A stretch of DNA of 49,609 bases, counting the filler, from Catajapyx aquilonaris (taxonomy: Eukaryota), in the NCBI GenBank assembly GCA_000934665.2. It is 3 parts of 3 records of this genome, joined end to end, with 100 filler letters (N's around TTAATTAATTAA, not from the genome) between each part and the next. Parts side by side here need not be neighbours in the genome. Positions count along the whole stretch, not along the records: positions 1 to 16,436 come from JYFJ02007204.1; 2 more parts are not named here. One strand, 5' to 3'. Positions 1-12,530 of the stretch are shown piece after piece. Each line of letters opens with the position of its first letter. The first letter of the stretch is position 1. The position numbers were made by a program, and so were the translations under genes. Below the pieces are notes generated by a model. It searched no databases. It had not been told where the DNA came from and was given only the letters and a program-made list of their open reading frames with translations.

Positions 1-560
1 AACCTGCTGATGCCCCCCCTTTCGTCCCAAAATGTTTCCCCCCTTCAACCTCCTGTGGGGGAAGTGGGCTCCAGACTGGGACCCCCCCTCCCAAGTACAT
101 CCGGTCTCGGTACAGAAAGGGAGCGAGAGCCACAAAACTGACACTTTCGAAATCGCCTTGTAGCTCAAAAAGTAAAGGTTTTTCTCAAAAAAAGGTAGGC
201 AGGAGGGCACCCCCTGGGAACATTGCGGTTCTAATGAACCATTGTATGACCCTCTACGACGCACCGTTTAGGCTGTACCCTAGTCTAAGTAACGACACTT
301 TTTTGAACTTTGACCCCGGCTAATGACCCCGGTAATGGCCCTAGTTGTTGTTTATCCAGCTAAAGTTTGAAACTGGAGTGAGCGGAGTGTAAATCTTGTT
401 TCCGATTTGAAATCGATTAACCCGATCGCGAGTTATGAAGTCGGGAAAAAAGCATTGGGGTCGACCCGATAACCTACTATTCGTTTCACGCGCGCCGGAT
501 GGCCCGCTTCGCGGGCCATCCGGCAGGTGGAGTTGCCAGTTGCCCAGCGAATAGAAAAAA
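1..560. mobile_element. End of a probable non-autonomous Helitron/Helentron-like element with GC-rich terminal hairpin (cut by contig start)
   Basis: Perfect 14-bp stem GCCGGATGGCCCGC-ttc-GCGGGCCATCCGGC at 494-524, enclosed by an inverted pair CTATTCG (477) / CGAATAG (~549) and followed by an A-run. The family assignment is inferred from this architecture only. Confidence 0.35.
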
Positions 561-754
561 TGACAACAATGAAAATTACGGAGATCTACCTCGGTTATTG
601 CGGCATGCCGGCCACCCCCGGGTTATACCGGCATGCTGGTCTACCTCGTTTTATACTGGCATGTTGTTTTATATGAGGTAATACGGTAAAAAGCATGATT
701 GTGATATAACCATATGAGGGTTGGAACATATTCATTGTCTGTATTTTTCATGTA

Positions 755-1530
755 CGAGGGTTGATTCATAAGTCATGACAAGTATTTTTTTTTTTTTCAA
801 AAACGGTAACACATACAGAGATGACCTTTGCTGAGTTTTGAAGATCCGGCGATTACAATTTTATCTGGCATATAGATTCCGCCCATATCACAAGGGGGCC
901 GGCAAACAAAGGGGGATTGTGACCCCCTCACTGCACCATCGCCCTAAGACGGCCCGAGCCTGACGCGCTTGGAGCTGTTGGACGCTGCATGTGGGACACT
1001 CAGAGATGGACAACACAGGAGCTTGCTTTCAAGTGTGGGACAAGTCGGAGCACTATGACCTGAGCCATGTGTCCTCCATCGCCACAGACAGTTTTAAAAA
1101 ACCATCGCCCTCAATGCGATGGAGTTCCAAGCAAGGTCAAAATGGCGGCACTTTTGCACCTCAAAGAGAAGGCGAGGAACCAATCAGGATGCCAACTTAC
1201 TGAGACCTTTCAGTCTTTCAGAGTCCTAAGCATAGTGCTCTGACTTGTCCCACACTCGAAAGCAAGCTCCAGTGTTGTCCATCTCCGAGTGAGCAGCATG
1301 CAACGTCCAACAGCTCCAAGCACGTCAGGCTCGGGCGTCTTAGGGCGATGGTGCGGTGGGGGGGTCACATCCGCCCTTTGTTTCCGCACCACCCTCGCAA
1401 TATGGGCGACATCTATATGCCAGATAAAATTGTAATCGCCGGATCTTAAAAACTCAACAAAGGTCATCTTTGTATGTGTTACCGTTTTTTAATTAAAAAA
1501 TACGCGCCATGACTTATGAATCAACACTCG
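755..1530. mobile_element. Mariner-type foldback MITE with ~300-bp inverted arms
   Basis: TA-CGAGGGTTGATTCATAAGTCATG ... CATGACTTATGAATCAACACTCG-TA, with TA on both sides (753-754, 1531-1532). Arms ~755-1060 and ~1228-1530 are reverse complements around a ~170-bp spacer. Confidence 0.85.
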
Positions 1531-2087
1531 TATGTTTGAGGGAATGCAACTATTAATTTGCAAAACTAATCGTTATAAATACGCATTATACAAATTGAAC
1601 ACAATATGCGTGGCACAGCAATTGCAACTGAAAACATAATACAGAGTCATCAAAAGAGAATGTCCCAATTTTAAAACCCTATAAGTTGAAAACTTGTAGA
1701 CATATCTAAATGATTTCAGTCTTGAAATGCTAAGAAATGTCTAAAGATTTGGTCTCACCTGATGAGTTTGTTTCGATATGAGCTTTATTTGTTGCTGAGC
1801 AAGTTGAAAAAGCGGTATTCGGTCTCGAGCGAAACCCGCTCAATCATGTCTGGAGTTATCGTTGTGATCCTATCCTGTAGGTGCTGGAGATGATGGGTCT
1901 TTACACCACGCACATTGTTCTTGATGATTCAAATAAAAAAGTCGCGTCATTCATGAAACAAACCTGCCGTAGGAAAGTTTCATTTGCTCAGCCCCCCTAG
2001 TGTGCGAAGTCTTGAATGAGAAGTTCCCCAATGCCTAGCACCCCCAGAAGCCCAGATCTTACCCCGAAGGACTTTTTTGTAAAGATA

Positions 2088-3948
2088 TGAGGGGGAATAA
2101 AAATTCAAAAATCGTCCTGGCCGCTTGAAACCTTACATACACAATGGTAGAACTATAGTGGATCGAGTAGTACAAGTAGGTGCCACTAGATGGCATTGGA
2201 ATCAACCGACAGCCATCACAAGATGGCGGCGACACTTACGAAGTGCACCAAAGAAGAACAGCGGGCCGTCGTGAGATTGTTGCGGAGTGAAGGGATTAAG
2301 CTAATCGAAATCCACCGCAGGATGGCCCTGAAATACGGGGACAAGTCTGTCATACCTGTTGCGAATTTTTTGCACCAGGTACGACAGACTTGTCTGATGC
2401 TCCCCGTCCTGGCCAGGCGCATCGCGCAGTGACACCAGAGTCCATAGCAGCAGTGGACGGACTGATTCAAGAAAACCACTGTGTCACACTGGAAGAAGTG
2501 GCGTCTGAAGTGTCTGCCACATCCCCCATACTCGCCCGACTTAGCACCATCTGATTACCACATCTTTGGTCCACTGAAAGCAGACCTAGGAGGAAATAAG
2601 TTCCAGTCCAATGATGAAGTGGAAGCGGCGGTGCACAACTGGCTACGAGCTCAATCGAAAGAATTTTTTTCCCGCAGTATTGAGGTGCTTCCTACCAGGT
2701 GGCGCACTTGCACTGAACGCCAAGGGGACTATGTGGAAAATTAGTGTAGTTGTCACAATCATTATTAGGCTATAGTAGAACAATTGAAGGGGTCAGTGAG
2801 AGATAATCGTATGCCACAATTTCATATTTTTCGAGATGCAGGTATATTCCTACTGTGGCAGCACCGGTTTACCTATGGACACAGTACAGTTTCGAAAATC
2901 GTGAACAGACGGCTATGAGATCTCTACGATTTTCTCAGATTTTGAAAAGTGACAAATATTCAGTGGTGTCACAATCGTAAGCCACACCAAGATGGCCGCC
3001 ATTGGGAGAGGAGGGTCTTCTTCATCTGCGAGAAAACGTTTATTTGTGGCGACGGAATCAAGTGAGCAAGAATCTGACATGAGTTCAACTGACTCTGACG
3101 AGTCATGGAAGCCATCCAGAAGTGAATCATCTTCCGGAAACGATCAGGTGGGTCCATAGTTTCGTTTCAAAAAAAAAAGTGGCTTATGATTATATCTGTT
3201 TCAAAACGGCTTTGCATGAAAGCTTTATTAAATTTTAATAAAGCTTTCATGCAAAGCCGTTTTGAAACAGATGTAATCATAATAAGCCACAATTTTTTTG
3301 AAACGAAACTATAGACCCACCTGATCGTTTCCGGAAGATGATTCCAAGTACTAGTCAGCATTTCTTTTTATCGTTATCCTCGATACCATCCACTGGGGAA
3401 GAAAATAATGTCGAAAGGGAGGAGGAAAGCGAAGACAGACGATTATAAAATGAGGACTATTATTTCAGCAGTGATAAGGAAATGCTTTGTTGCATATTTT
3501 GTTGCTTTAATCATAATAAAAAGACTTTCCTCATATAGCCTAAGATGATATATTTTTCATTAAAAAATAATAATGCTGAAAACCAATGCTCCTTTACTTT
3601 TACTTCATAATACAGGTTGATATAGTCGTAAGCCACATTTATAAATGTGGCTTACGACTATATCAACCTGTATTTTGACTGATAGTGAAACATAGCTCCA
3701 AAAAAGAAATCATTACAATACGAAATCATAAAGTTAGCAACTTTTGAAACATCATACGAGTAAAAAACGACATCAACATGTAATTGGCGCTCAAAAAAGT
3801 CATACATTTAAAGGATTCTGATTTATAGATTTGATCAAAGTTTTAAATGTGTTTTTCTCAAAAACAACTTCGTGTGGCATACGATTATCTCTCACCGACC
3901 CCTTCAATTGTAAAAAAATAATTATCGTTTTCATTTGATTCCCCCTCG
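2088..3948 (+). mobile_element. Internally deleted mariner element (D,D34D type), interrupted by a 1.1-kb insertion
   Basis: Ends TA-TGAGGGGGAATAAAA ... TTTGATTCCCCCTCG-TA. The N-terminal HTH remnant from ATG 2223 (EEQRAVVRLLRSEGIKLIEIHRRM, frameshifted) joins directly to the C-terminus HPPYSPDLAPSDYHIFGPLK...GDYVEN* (stop at 2744). WVPHEL and the first two catalytic Asp regions are absent. Confidence 0.9.
2786..3905. mobile_element. Non-autonomous DNA transposon with 4-bp AATT target duplication (Sola1-like)
   Basis: AATT(2782-2785)-GAAGGGGTCAGTGAGAGATAATCGTATGCCACA ... TGTGGCATACGATTATCTCTCACCGACCCCTTC-AATT(3906-3909). The sub-terminal motif ATCGTA(A/T)GCCACA recurs internally. An AWWT TSD is the described Sola1 preference, so the superfamily call is an inference. 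Confidence 0.7.
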
Positions 3949-4514
3949 TACATGTACGTATGGTGAATAGATCCGGCATCTCCAGAACCTACGGGATAGG
4001 ATCACTATGTTGACTTCAGACATGTCTGATTGGGTTAGGCACGACACTGATTACCATACTTACATTTTTTAAGCGAAAAATAGAGTTCATATCAAAACAA
4101 ACTTAGGTGAGACCAAAACGTGAGACATTTCTTAGCATTTCAAAACTTAAATCATTTAGATATGTCTACAAGTTTTCGAGTTATAGGGTTTTAAAATTGG
4201 GGCATTCTTTTTCGATGACGCTGTATAATAATCTCATGCGCAATCAAGCTGAATATTTTTTGAAATTGTTTTCATGCAGATTCTAATGCACGTTAGAGCA
4301 ATTGAAGCTGGTCAATGTCAAGACCTCATGAAATCCACAAATGTGGTCAACAATTCTTTTAAAGAGTAATGTGGTTCCCAATATCTTCCTATACCAGATT
4401 ATGTTGACCCACACTGATAATGTACAAGTGCCTCAGAAAAACTTTTGAAATGTGTCCCAGATGCTGAGACAAACAGCAAGCCAGCAGAGACAGTTAATTC
4501 AATTCTCAACTAAC

Positions 4515-5606
4515 CTGCTTTTCCATCTCCAGAAACTCGGGCATAATCCTCTTCACAGCACTCTTTGACCGGATTTCCATCCCACCAATATCAACATAAT
4601 ATACTTCTACTTCTGGCCCAAGAATACTCAGGATCTCTGCTCGGTACCACCTGCTACTGTCTGGATGGCTGGCTACTACAGGCATGTTGATCAGAAGCGA
4701 TGGTTCATTCCATTCCACGGCATTCAAGTGTCCATATATGTTCGCAAGACTCTTCATGGTATTATCAAAGGCCTCCTTCCAACACTCAAGCTGGACAACA
4801 AAATCGTTTGGGTTATCGTAATCGCTAATCTTCACAATTTCTTTAGTCCCTGGTGTAATGGTGACACATGGGAATGCTTTCATAGGAAAGCCAGGCATTT
4901 GGCAGTCTTGTGGAACTGCAGGAGTTGTTGGATCTGTCACAGGTTTCACCTGTGTCTTCAAAATCCCAGAAAACGGATGATTTGGTTGCCCTCCAAATTG
5001 AATCAACATAGCGTGGTTTCTCTCAACTCCTGTGCCACATCCATTTTTTACAAACTCATCCACCACTGGCACGCCTTCTCGAGTGAACAACTGTAGAATT
5101 TCCTTGTCTGTAGCACTAGGAACCTTTACACAGTAGAATTGTCCACCTTCCAGTGCTTCACGTATGACATTTACGTGACAATCACTCCATACATCTGTGA
5201 CTGGGAAAATGTCTGCAAGGATGTATTCCTTGGCCTGGGGCTCTACATCCTGCAAGCTCAACTCCATGGAGTCACTCATTTCCCTTAAGAGCTTGGGATG
5301 CGTCTCACAAGCTGTTCCGTAATCTATGTGTTGCATGGCAAAGTAGCCAGCATTCTTGGATGCGCTCCTCATAATCTGCACGCGGTACCACTTGTTATCA
5401 GGGCAGAGTGCAAGGTGTACGGTACAGGAGGCCAGCTGAGTTGATTGCACTGGTGGCAAGTAAAGTAGGGTCTTGTACATCTCGTCTAGTCGAGTTTCTA
5501 GAGCATTGACAACATCTAGATTCCTTTGTATCCAGATCTTCAAATATGGAGATGAGTCCTTCTTGACATGCGATACACAGCATTTTTCCATGACTGTAGC
5601 AGCCAT
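4515..5606 (-). CDS. Probable first coding exon (364 codons) of a multi-Tudor-domain protein, tudor/TDRD6-like; the gene continues left beyond the contig
   Basis: Acceptor TCTTCTTTACTTCTAG (exon starts 5614), Kozak GCCATGG (ATG at 5606), donor AAGCAG|GTTAGT after 4515. Two extended Tudor domains: DNKWYRVQI..HIDYGT and DNPNDFVVQ..SRWYRAEI..VEVYYVDIGG. N-terminal VSHV..PYLKIW resembles my recollection of the Drosophila Tudor N-terminus. Confidence 0.85.
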
Positions 5607-5752
5607 GGCAAAACCTAGAAGTAAAGAAGACCCTGGATAACAAAGCTGCAGTGTTTCCTTCCTCTCTAGCTGTGTTAAACCATGGTAATACAAGGAGACT
5701 GAAAATATTTACCATGATCCAATCCACAAAACACAATCAGCATTCCCCCAGG

Positions 5753-5978
5753 GCAGTGCTTCCTAATCTTTTTCATTGGCGACCCCAGAAATTCAACTCG
5801 TAGAATTCGCGACCCTCTAGATTAGCACATTGTGATCCCCTAATATGAAAAGACAGGTAAATAGTGAAATAAAATCATTGATTGTCGAGTATCTGAATTG
5901 TTCTGTAACTGACCACTTATGGCCATAATTTTCAAGAGAAACAGAATAATTTTGTGAAAATAATTTGTTACCCTCCCC
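5753..5978. mobile_element. Truncated hAT-like MITE, same family as 45560-45828
   Basis: Starts CAGTGCTTCCTAA and shares TTGGCGACCCCAGAAA..GCGACCC and AAAATAA..GTTACCCTCC with the fuller copy near 45.6 kb. Confidence 0.55.
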
Positions 5979-6382
5979 TGAGATACCTGGGATAGATCGA
6001 AGACGCATGCACAAGGCGCCAACAGATGCGCACGCTGAATGTCAACAAGAGCCCACAACGCGTAGCAACGGTGTTGCCTCGAATTGTTGCATATCGATCG
6101 ACCTGGGGCAGGCCTGGGGCCCAAGCGCATCAGGGTGCCAACAGTTGCACGCGGTGAATGGCAACCACGGACAACCACGGTCAACCAATATCAACAAGAG
6201 GCCTCCACGCATGCAGAAACGGCGTTCCAACGCACGCAAAAGTACGAATTTCACGCACAAGTCCGACTTTGACGCACAAGTCGTAGTTTCAAGTCGATAT
6301 GAGTTCAGACCTTTAGTGTTGTCCATCATGCAGAAAGCTTGTCTATTATTGAAAATGTTTGTGGAATGGAGCTATTGTTATG

Positions 6383-6945
6383 CAGGGTGTTTCTTACTAG
6401 TACAGCCAATAGCAGACAGGATATTCCTTGGGTCAAAACAAGTCGAACATATAGAGGGGAGATATGTCAAGAAGCCAACTGTTGACGATGCAGATGATGA
6501 TGGAGATTTGTGTGCCCAAGACAAACGCTGCCACACATCCAACAGATTTTCTGTGGGGACGTCGGCAAACCATTATTCTCTCTTACATGCAGTCGTTGCC
6601 TACACGTCAGGATGTGATCCCAATAGCCGGAGCAGAGATGCATTAATTTCAGTCTGCCCAATGAACTAACGGGATTTGGCAAGGTCACCTCTTTTCCCAG
6701 CCATCAATATTGGGTTCACATTCTGACACTTAGACAACCACTTCACGCAAGAGATTGTAGCCGTTTGCCGCCTTCCCAGCAGAGAAGCTGTTGGGTAGGT
6801 GGGTGCATTTGTCTCAGGGGCACGCAAATCTCAATCGTTGTCTACGTTATGGATGGTTGGTCCCTTGACATTTCTCCCACCTACATTTTCAACTTGTTTT
6901 GACCCAAGGAATACGCTATTGGCCATACTAGTAAGAAACACCTTG
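6383..6945. mobile_element. Tc1/mariner-type MITE
   Basis: CAGGGTGTTTCTTACTAGTA..CCAATAGC..ATTCCTTGGGTCAAAACAAGT at the left and its reverse complement ending ..TACTAGTAAGAAACACCTTG-TA at the right. Confidence 0.75.
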
Positions 6946-8368
6946 TATACAGGTTTCACAGTATAACTTTTTTAGGGAAGAGGTCAGCAAACAATATGCT
7001 CGTGTGTTGATTAGTAAAAAAAAAAAGTATACTTCAGTCTGTCCCAAAGGCAGATGTAGGATGCTTTCGCAGTTCGGTTCTCAGCTGATAAACAATTCTC
7101 AGAGATAGGCCTAAAACTCAATGCTTTCCAACAGGTTCAGTGAGGTAATAATTATTTCTTAGGTATTATAAAATTTTACTTCCCTCACTAAGATTCCTTT
7201 CAGCTTATACCAACAACATATCTGGCAGTTCCCTTGGACTCGGTATGTACCAAATGACTGGGGAATATCCGAGAGCCCCACCAGAGGTTGCAACATCCTA
7301 CCAAGAGTCCCTTGTGTCTTTCTCCCCCCCCTAACACCGCACTTAACTAATGAGTCATTTTAAAAACTAAAACTAGTATCACTGAGCCCTTCATGCCAAA
7401 ATCAGGAGGTCAAGTCAATGCATCTTTTGTGGGATATTTTTTCACGTGGGACAAAATATGCTGACAGGCAAAATTTGCAGGCAGAAATTTTCCCACTTTT
7501 TGCAGTTCCAAAATTATGGTTACCTTTTTCTACTAAGATGAGAATAGCGAAAAGCCAGAGAGACACCAGGAATTTTTGGCAGAGAAAAGTCACTTCTCTG
7601 TAAAGAATGCTGGCACACCATAACTGCCATCTGTCCGGAAGAAATTAATCAGCAAGGTAATCTCCTATGCAGAAGATCCAAAATAAGTGGGTTGAAAGAA
7701 TAATTGTCACCTATGCTTAATTATTTTTGGATGTGCAGATAACTTCTCTCCTAACAACAGTATGGTATGCAGTACCTGTCAGAGGAACACAGCAATTACT
7801 GGTCCATTCCAGTTCCTTAAATTACAATTATCAACTCAATTGATTTGATGTGATCCTGATGAATTTGATAATTGGATGTTGATGTAAATTACTGTAGGAT
7901 TTTTGAAAATTATGAGAAAAGTGTGGCAGAAGTATAAATTGGTAGGAAAGTGATGGAAATTGCCACTGGAAAGTGATGGAAATTGCCACTGGAAAGTTAC
8001 AGTAGGTTCTCCCTATACGGGCCTAGGTTCACTTGGGTGGTTCTCTCATTTCTTTCCACAATATATTAAAATCCATCATCTTCAAAGAGCCTACAGGACT
8101 GTCACAATGTATTTATTAAATTATTACAGTGAAACCTGCTTATAGCTGATCCAGGGTATTGCTGAAACTTGTCTACTGCAAAAATAATTTGTAGTCCCAG
8201 CAGCAAGTGAGGATTTTCAATGTGCTTATGTCTGATATAGAGGAACCTGTCTAATGCAGAAATGGAAAGCACTTCTGAGTCCCACCGTAAGAAAAACCCT
8301 CTGCATAGTGAAAATAATTCTGCAAACCACGACCATAGAATATAAGGTCTGGTCACTCCCACCCACCC

Positions 8369-8667
8369 CCTGCCGACGTGTTTTGCAGAAGTTGCTCACT
8401 TGAGAGCGCCATGAGACATTTCAGTCTCCGGTCAAGTGGCGACCCTACCGGACTAGGCTGAACTTTATAGGTACAAAACTAACAAAAGGGAAGCGCTACA
8501 TTGGTGGACCCAACATGGGCGCCGGCAGCCATTTTGGGCCCGCATGTAGCGCTTCCCTTTTGTACCTATAAAGTGCAGCCTAGTCCGGTAGGGTCGCCAC
8601 TTGAACGGAGACTGAAATGTCTCATGGCGCTCTCAAGTGAGCATCTTCTGCAAAACGCGTCGGCAGG
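8369..8667. mobile_element. ~300-bp palindromic (hairpin) MITE
   Basis: CCTGCCGACG..CACTTGAGAGCGCCATGAGACATTTCAGTCTCC..GGGAAGCGCTACA is mirrored by TGTAGCGCTTCCC..GGAGACTGAAATGTCTCATGGCGCTCTCAAGTG..CGTCGGCAGG. Arms are ~125 bp with few mismatches. Confidence 0.8.
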
Positions 8668-9619
8668 TGATAACAGCAGAAAGTAGTATGACTGTCCGGG
8701 GGCTGCTGCAAACTAAAAGCTCTTTCACAACTTCTGCAATATACAGATTTCTTACCTTCTTCCATACACTCTCATTCACTGCCTTATGTTACCGTTAATA
8801 TGTCTATGGAGATTCATTGCAATTCACGGTCTCAAAAAACTAGTGCCCGTTCGTACTATTAGCATGTAATATTTTAAAAATAATTGTTCGAAAGTAACTT
8901 CTCCACGATAAACAACTTAGTGCGAAAAAGTCGCAATGTGAAACTGACCCTTCAATTGGAAGCCACTCAGCACGTGCCACCTCTGCGTGGAATTATTGTT
9001 CATGTATCTTGCATAAAATTGGCAACCCTGCCTTTTCCGAGCCGTTTGCGAATTTTTGAACCTTCGTAAATTGGCACGCAGATAGTGACCGGGCCACTCA
9101 TAAAATTTCACAGGCCATCATGGGCCTGCTATACTTTGACTCGACATGCTAATGATGAGTTATCTGGGCGCATTTCTCGCATTTAAAATATATATTTCCT
9201 CGTACATGCCGTTGGATTGGATTATGTATGTCAATGACAGTGTGTCGAGGAATCTGGAAAAAAATCTGCATATTTTTCACCGCATCCAGGAATTTGTAAT
9301 TAAAGTTTGAAAATTCAACTTTTCCATAAGAAAAAGGTGGAGCCCGGAGGGAATGGCCGTGGGTACGTCACAGTTCTGAGAAGAGAAGAAGGGAGGGGGA
9401 GCTGACGTCAGAAAAGTTGCTCAGTGGCTAGTGAACCAGCCATACTAGTAGCAATCTCTCTCAAGCGGCCGTGCCTCCCCTCCTCTCTCCAGCACATTTC
9501 ACACCTGTCAATACTAGTTTCAAAATCTTGTGACTCATAGCCTACGGGGCTGGATTTTCCACGATTGGTCCGGGTTACTTTTCATTATTATTGGTGCAAT
9601 TTTCCATGTTTGTTTTTCA

Positions 9620-10619
9620 GAAGTCATATATTCAATATAGCCTATACTTGCCCAACATCAGTGTAGTTCGTCCACCCCCAAAAAATGGAGCGGCTGGGTG
9701 TTAAACAAAATGCGATAAAAAATCTCCATTAGATTATCTGGAATTTAGAATGGCTATTTATGAATCGTAACATTGGAGTTAAGGGGACACCAAAGTTGAA
9801 GTTGATTTGACAGTAATGTTAACAACTGAAGTAAATATGATTACACCTTGGAAAATGAATTTCTGTGGGGTCTCGTAAAAATTGCTTCCCCTAAGATACC
9901 TCATATTACTTAGCAGGACATTAATTGTAATAATGAACCTTAACGGCCACACAAACCTGACGACAGCATTAAAATTAATTTTTAAAAACTACCACGGAGT
10001 ATTAACAATGTTTATCATGCCTCGCAGATGTCGAATTTTTTGTACATTTTTGAATGCATGGATTTTAAAAACTATTTCACATTAATTGAATTGAAATTTT
10101 TCATCGGAGCACATTGGACTGAGGTCTAAATAGACAATGTCGTCACATTCTTATTTATTTATAAATAACACCGTCAAATGTTGTGCACCAGAGTGTAGCA
10201 ATCAGAAAACTTCTGGGAGCTATGAACATTTTAAAATTCCGTGTTATATATTTTTTATTTTTATTTTAATACTCATTGTGAGTTTGGGTTTGTGTGGCCC
10301 CTCAGGTTCGTTATTAAAATTAATGTCTTGCTAAGTAACATACCGTATTATAAACGTAATGACGGCAATTTTTACCAGACCCCACAGAAATTCACAGGCC
10401 AAGGTGTAATCATATTTATTTCCGTTGTTAACTGTCAAATCAACTTAAACTGTGGTGTCCGCAAAACTCCATTGTTACCCTTCATAATTATCTATTCTAA
10501 ATTCAGATAATCATAACAGTGATTTTTATTGCATTTTGTTTATTATTACCCCACCACTCCATTGGGGTTGGGCGAACTGCACTGAGGATGGGCATGTATT
10601 ATATCGCTAAATATGATTC
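9620..10619. mobile_element. Older foldback element with ~350-bp degenerate inverted arms (boundaries approximate)
   Basis: Left-arm blocks ATTATCTGGAATTTAGAAT, GTAAATATGATTACACCTTGG, GAATTTCTGTGGGGTCT and CTTAGCAGGACATTAAT each have a reverse-complement partner at ~10290-10600. Confidence 0.7.
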
Positions 10620-11062
10620 AGGTACACCACATGGTCCGCTGTAGGAAATGCACAGGAACAACTCCAAGAATCTCAGGAACGCGCTGTTCTCCAATTCATC
10701 GAGAATTCGTATTGGGTTCATTCGCTAGACAAAGTCCTATTTGGCCAAATTCTACAGATAAGTTGTTGCATTCCAAAGTGAATATTGACATGAAGCACTT
10801 TCCCACAATGCCCACGTAACACATCGAAAAAGGCCCATGGCTGCTGCTGACTTCTTTCACTATTTTTATGAAATAGACACATCAAAACAATCCGACGGCC
10901 CGACATGACATGCAAAATATATGCACATCCTCTTCTCCTCTTCTCGCACTGGCTACATTTTCCAAGCCGGGTCGAGTAGAATGCTGGGACGGATGCTGGA
11001 CTGACAAGCAATTTAATTCCAGTGTAAACAGCAGTTCTTGTTTTAGACCTGATCATACACAT

Positions 11063-11631
11063 CAGTTGAATCGGACATAACAGCCTCGGCTATAATGGAC
11101 TTTCGGTTATAACAGACTCGAAAGGCAGATCCAGGCATACTTCCACAAGGCCTTGTGTACTTTTTCTCCTTATATAACAGACTAATTTTCACCTCATCTC
11201 GGCTATAACATGCCATTTATTTTGGCCACTGAGTGAAAAATATGCTGGTTTTGATTACTTATCTTTTTTCCCCCACGCGAGGAAAGCATTGCATAGCCTA
11301 CTGGAGTGGGGGCGATTTTTTCACCTGTCACTGATACTCTTGCCGAAAAGGTCAAAATCATAACTATTCTGGTGTATTTGGCAATACCGAGATGGAAAAA
11401 GAAAATAACAGATTTTTTTTGGTCCTGCCTAAGAATTGGGTGAGCTAATTTTGCATTTTTGTGGATCATATTGTAATAATTTCATTAATCAGCATGCAGT
11501 AGTGTGCACTGCAGGCATATGGAAAACGGAAAACTTCACGTAGGCTTATTCTTGAAAAAGTTTTGGCTTTTAAACAAATCTCGGTTATTACATACTTTTT
11601 CAGCCGTCCCTGTCATATCCGGATTCAACTG
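11063..11631. mobile_element. pogo/Tigger-like MITE (CAGTTGAATCCGGAT family), copy 1
   Basis: CAGTTGAATCGGACATAACAG ... ATATCCGGATTCAACTG, with repeated TATAACAG sub-terminal motifs. Internal sequence aligns by eye to 24186-25081. Confidence 0.75.
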
Positions 11632-12530
11632 CAATTGTATCAAATGAACGGAATGTAGTTTGAGAACATTTCGGCATGTCAATATTTTCACCTATAGTGC
11701 AAAAATGCTATGAATCAGCACAATAATTTGTTAACAATTTTATTTTGCGTTTTAGGTTAAAACTATTGCTACCACAATGTTCCTAATTTCATTCCCGTTT
11801 ATTTCATATGCATGAGAACACCACTTGAAATTAATTCTCTGTCCTGCTCAATTGATGTATTGTTGCCGACAGATGTTGCAATAATACCTCCGTGGGAGAT
11901 TCTTTTGGCATTCTCCTGTGTGGGTATGCACATGTTTTTAAATATATAAATAACTTATATCAAATTCTGAGATATACGAGCCACCATCATATGTCCCCTT
12001 CGACATGCCATGACCCTGCCGGAAAAGCTGCTTTCCCTCAAAATGTGGAAAATCGGGCCAAGAAATTACTCAGAGGATTATAGCAGGCGGGTCGAGAGCA
12101 CCAAAGGTTGCCAAGTTGTTCGAGCGTCGACTGCAGCGCTCTCAGGGAGAGATGTCGTGCACTACTTACACCCGAAATGGCCGGAAAAGCTCCGGTTTGC
12201 ACCATCAACTTATATCCCCCTTATCTCCACTATGGACGACTCGATTTTATTCAAACAAACGGCAACTTGCACCCAAAGAGTGTGAAAGTGATACTAGTGG
12301 AAGGATTTTTTTCTGCAAATCCCTAGTTTACGAATGGCAATTTTTTTCATTCTCATCCCAGTTTCCTGCCTGTTTAGCACCCTAAATGTTGATTATTATA
12401 AATAATTTGCAAAATGTAATCCACTGATCTCAATTTCCTACTCATGCTCAATCATTTAATATATAGTTGACAAGATTACGATAAGTAGTGTAGGAGAAAA
12501 GGGGGAGATAAGTTACATGTGAAGCACAGC

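Larger units (their letters stand above)
1642..4223. mobile_element. Tc1-like foldback element built from two inverted transposase 3' ends (outermost layer of a triple nest)
   Basis: TIRs CAGAGTCATCAAAAGAGAATGTCCC / GGGGCATTCTTTTTCGATGACGCTG with flanking TA. Arms ~1642-1945 and ~3951-4223 match. Remnant PRSPDLTPKDFF at ~2043-2078 is the WPPRSPDLTPxDFF-type motif, and it resumes after the nested mariner. Confidence 0.8.

Noticed and set aside
5965..6669. 234-aa plus-strand ORF
   Set aside because: Non-ATG start, no recognisable domain, and it runs across the boundary of the MITE at 6383, so it is a chance ORF.
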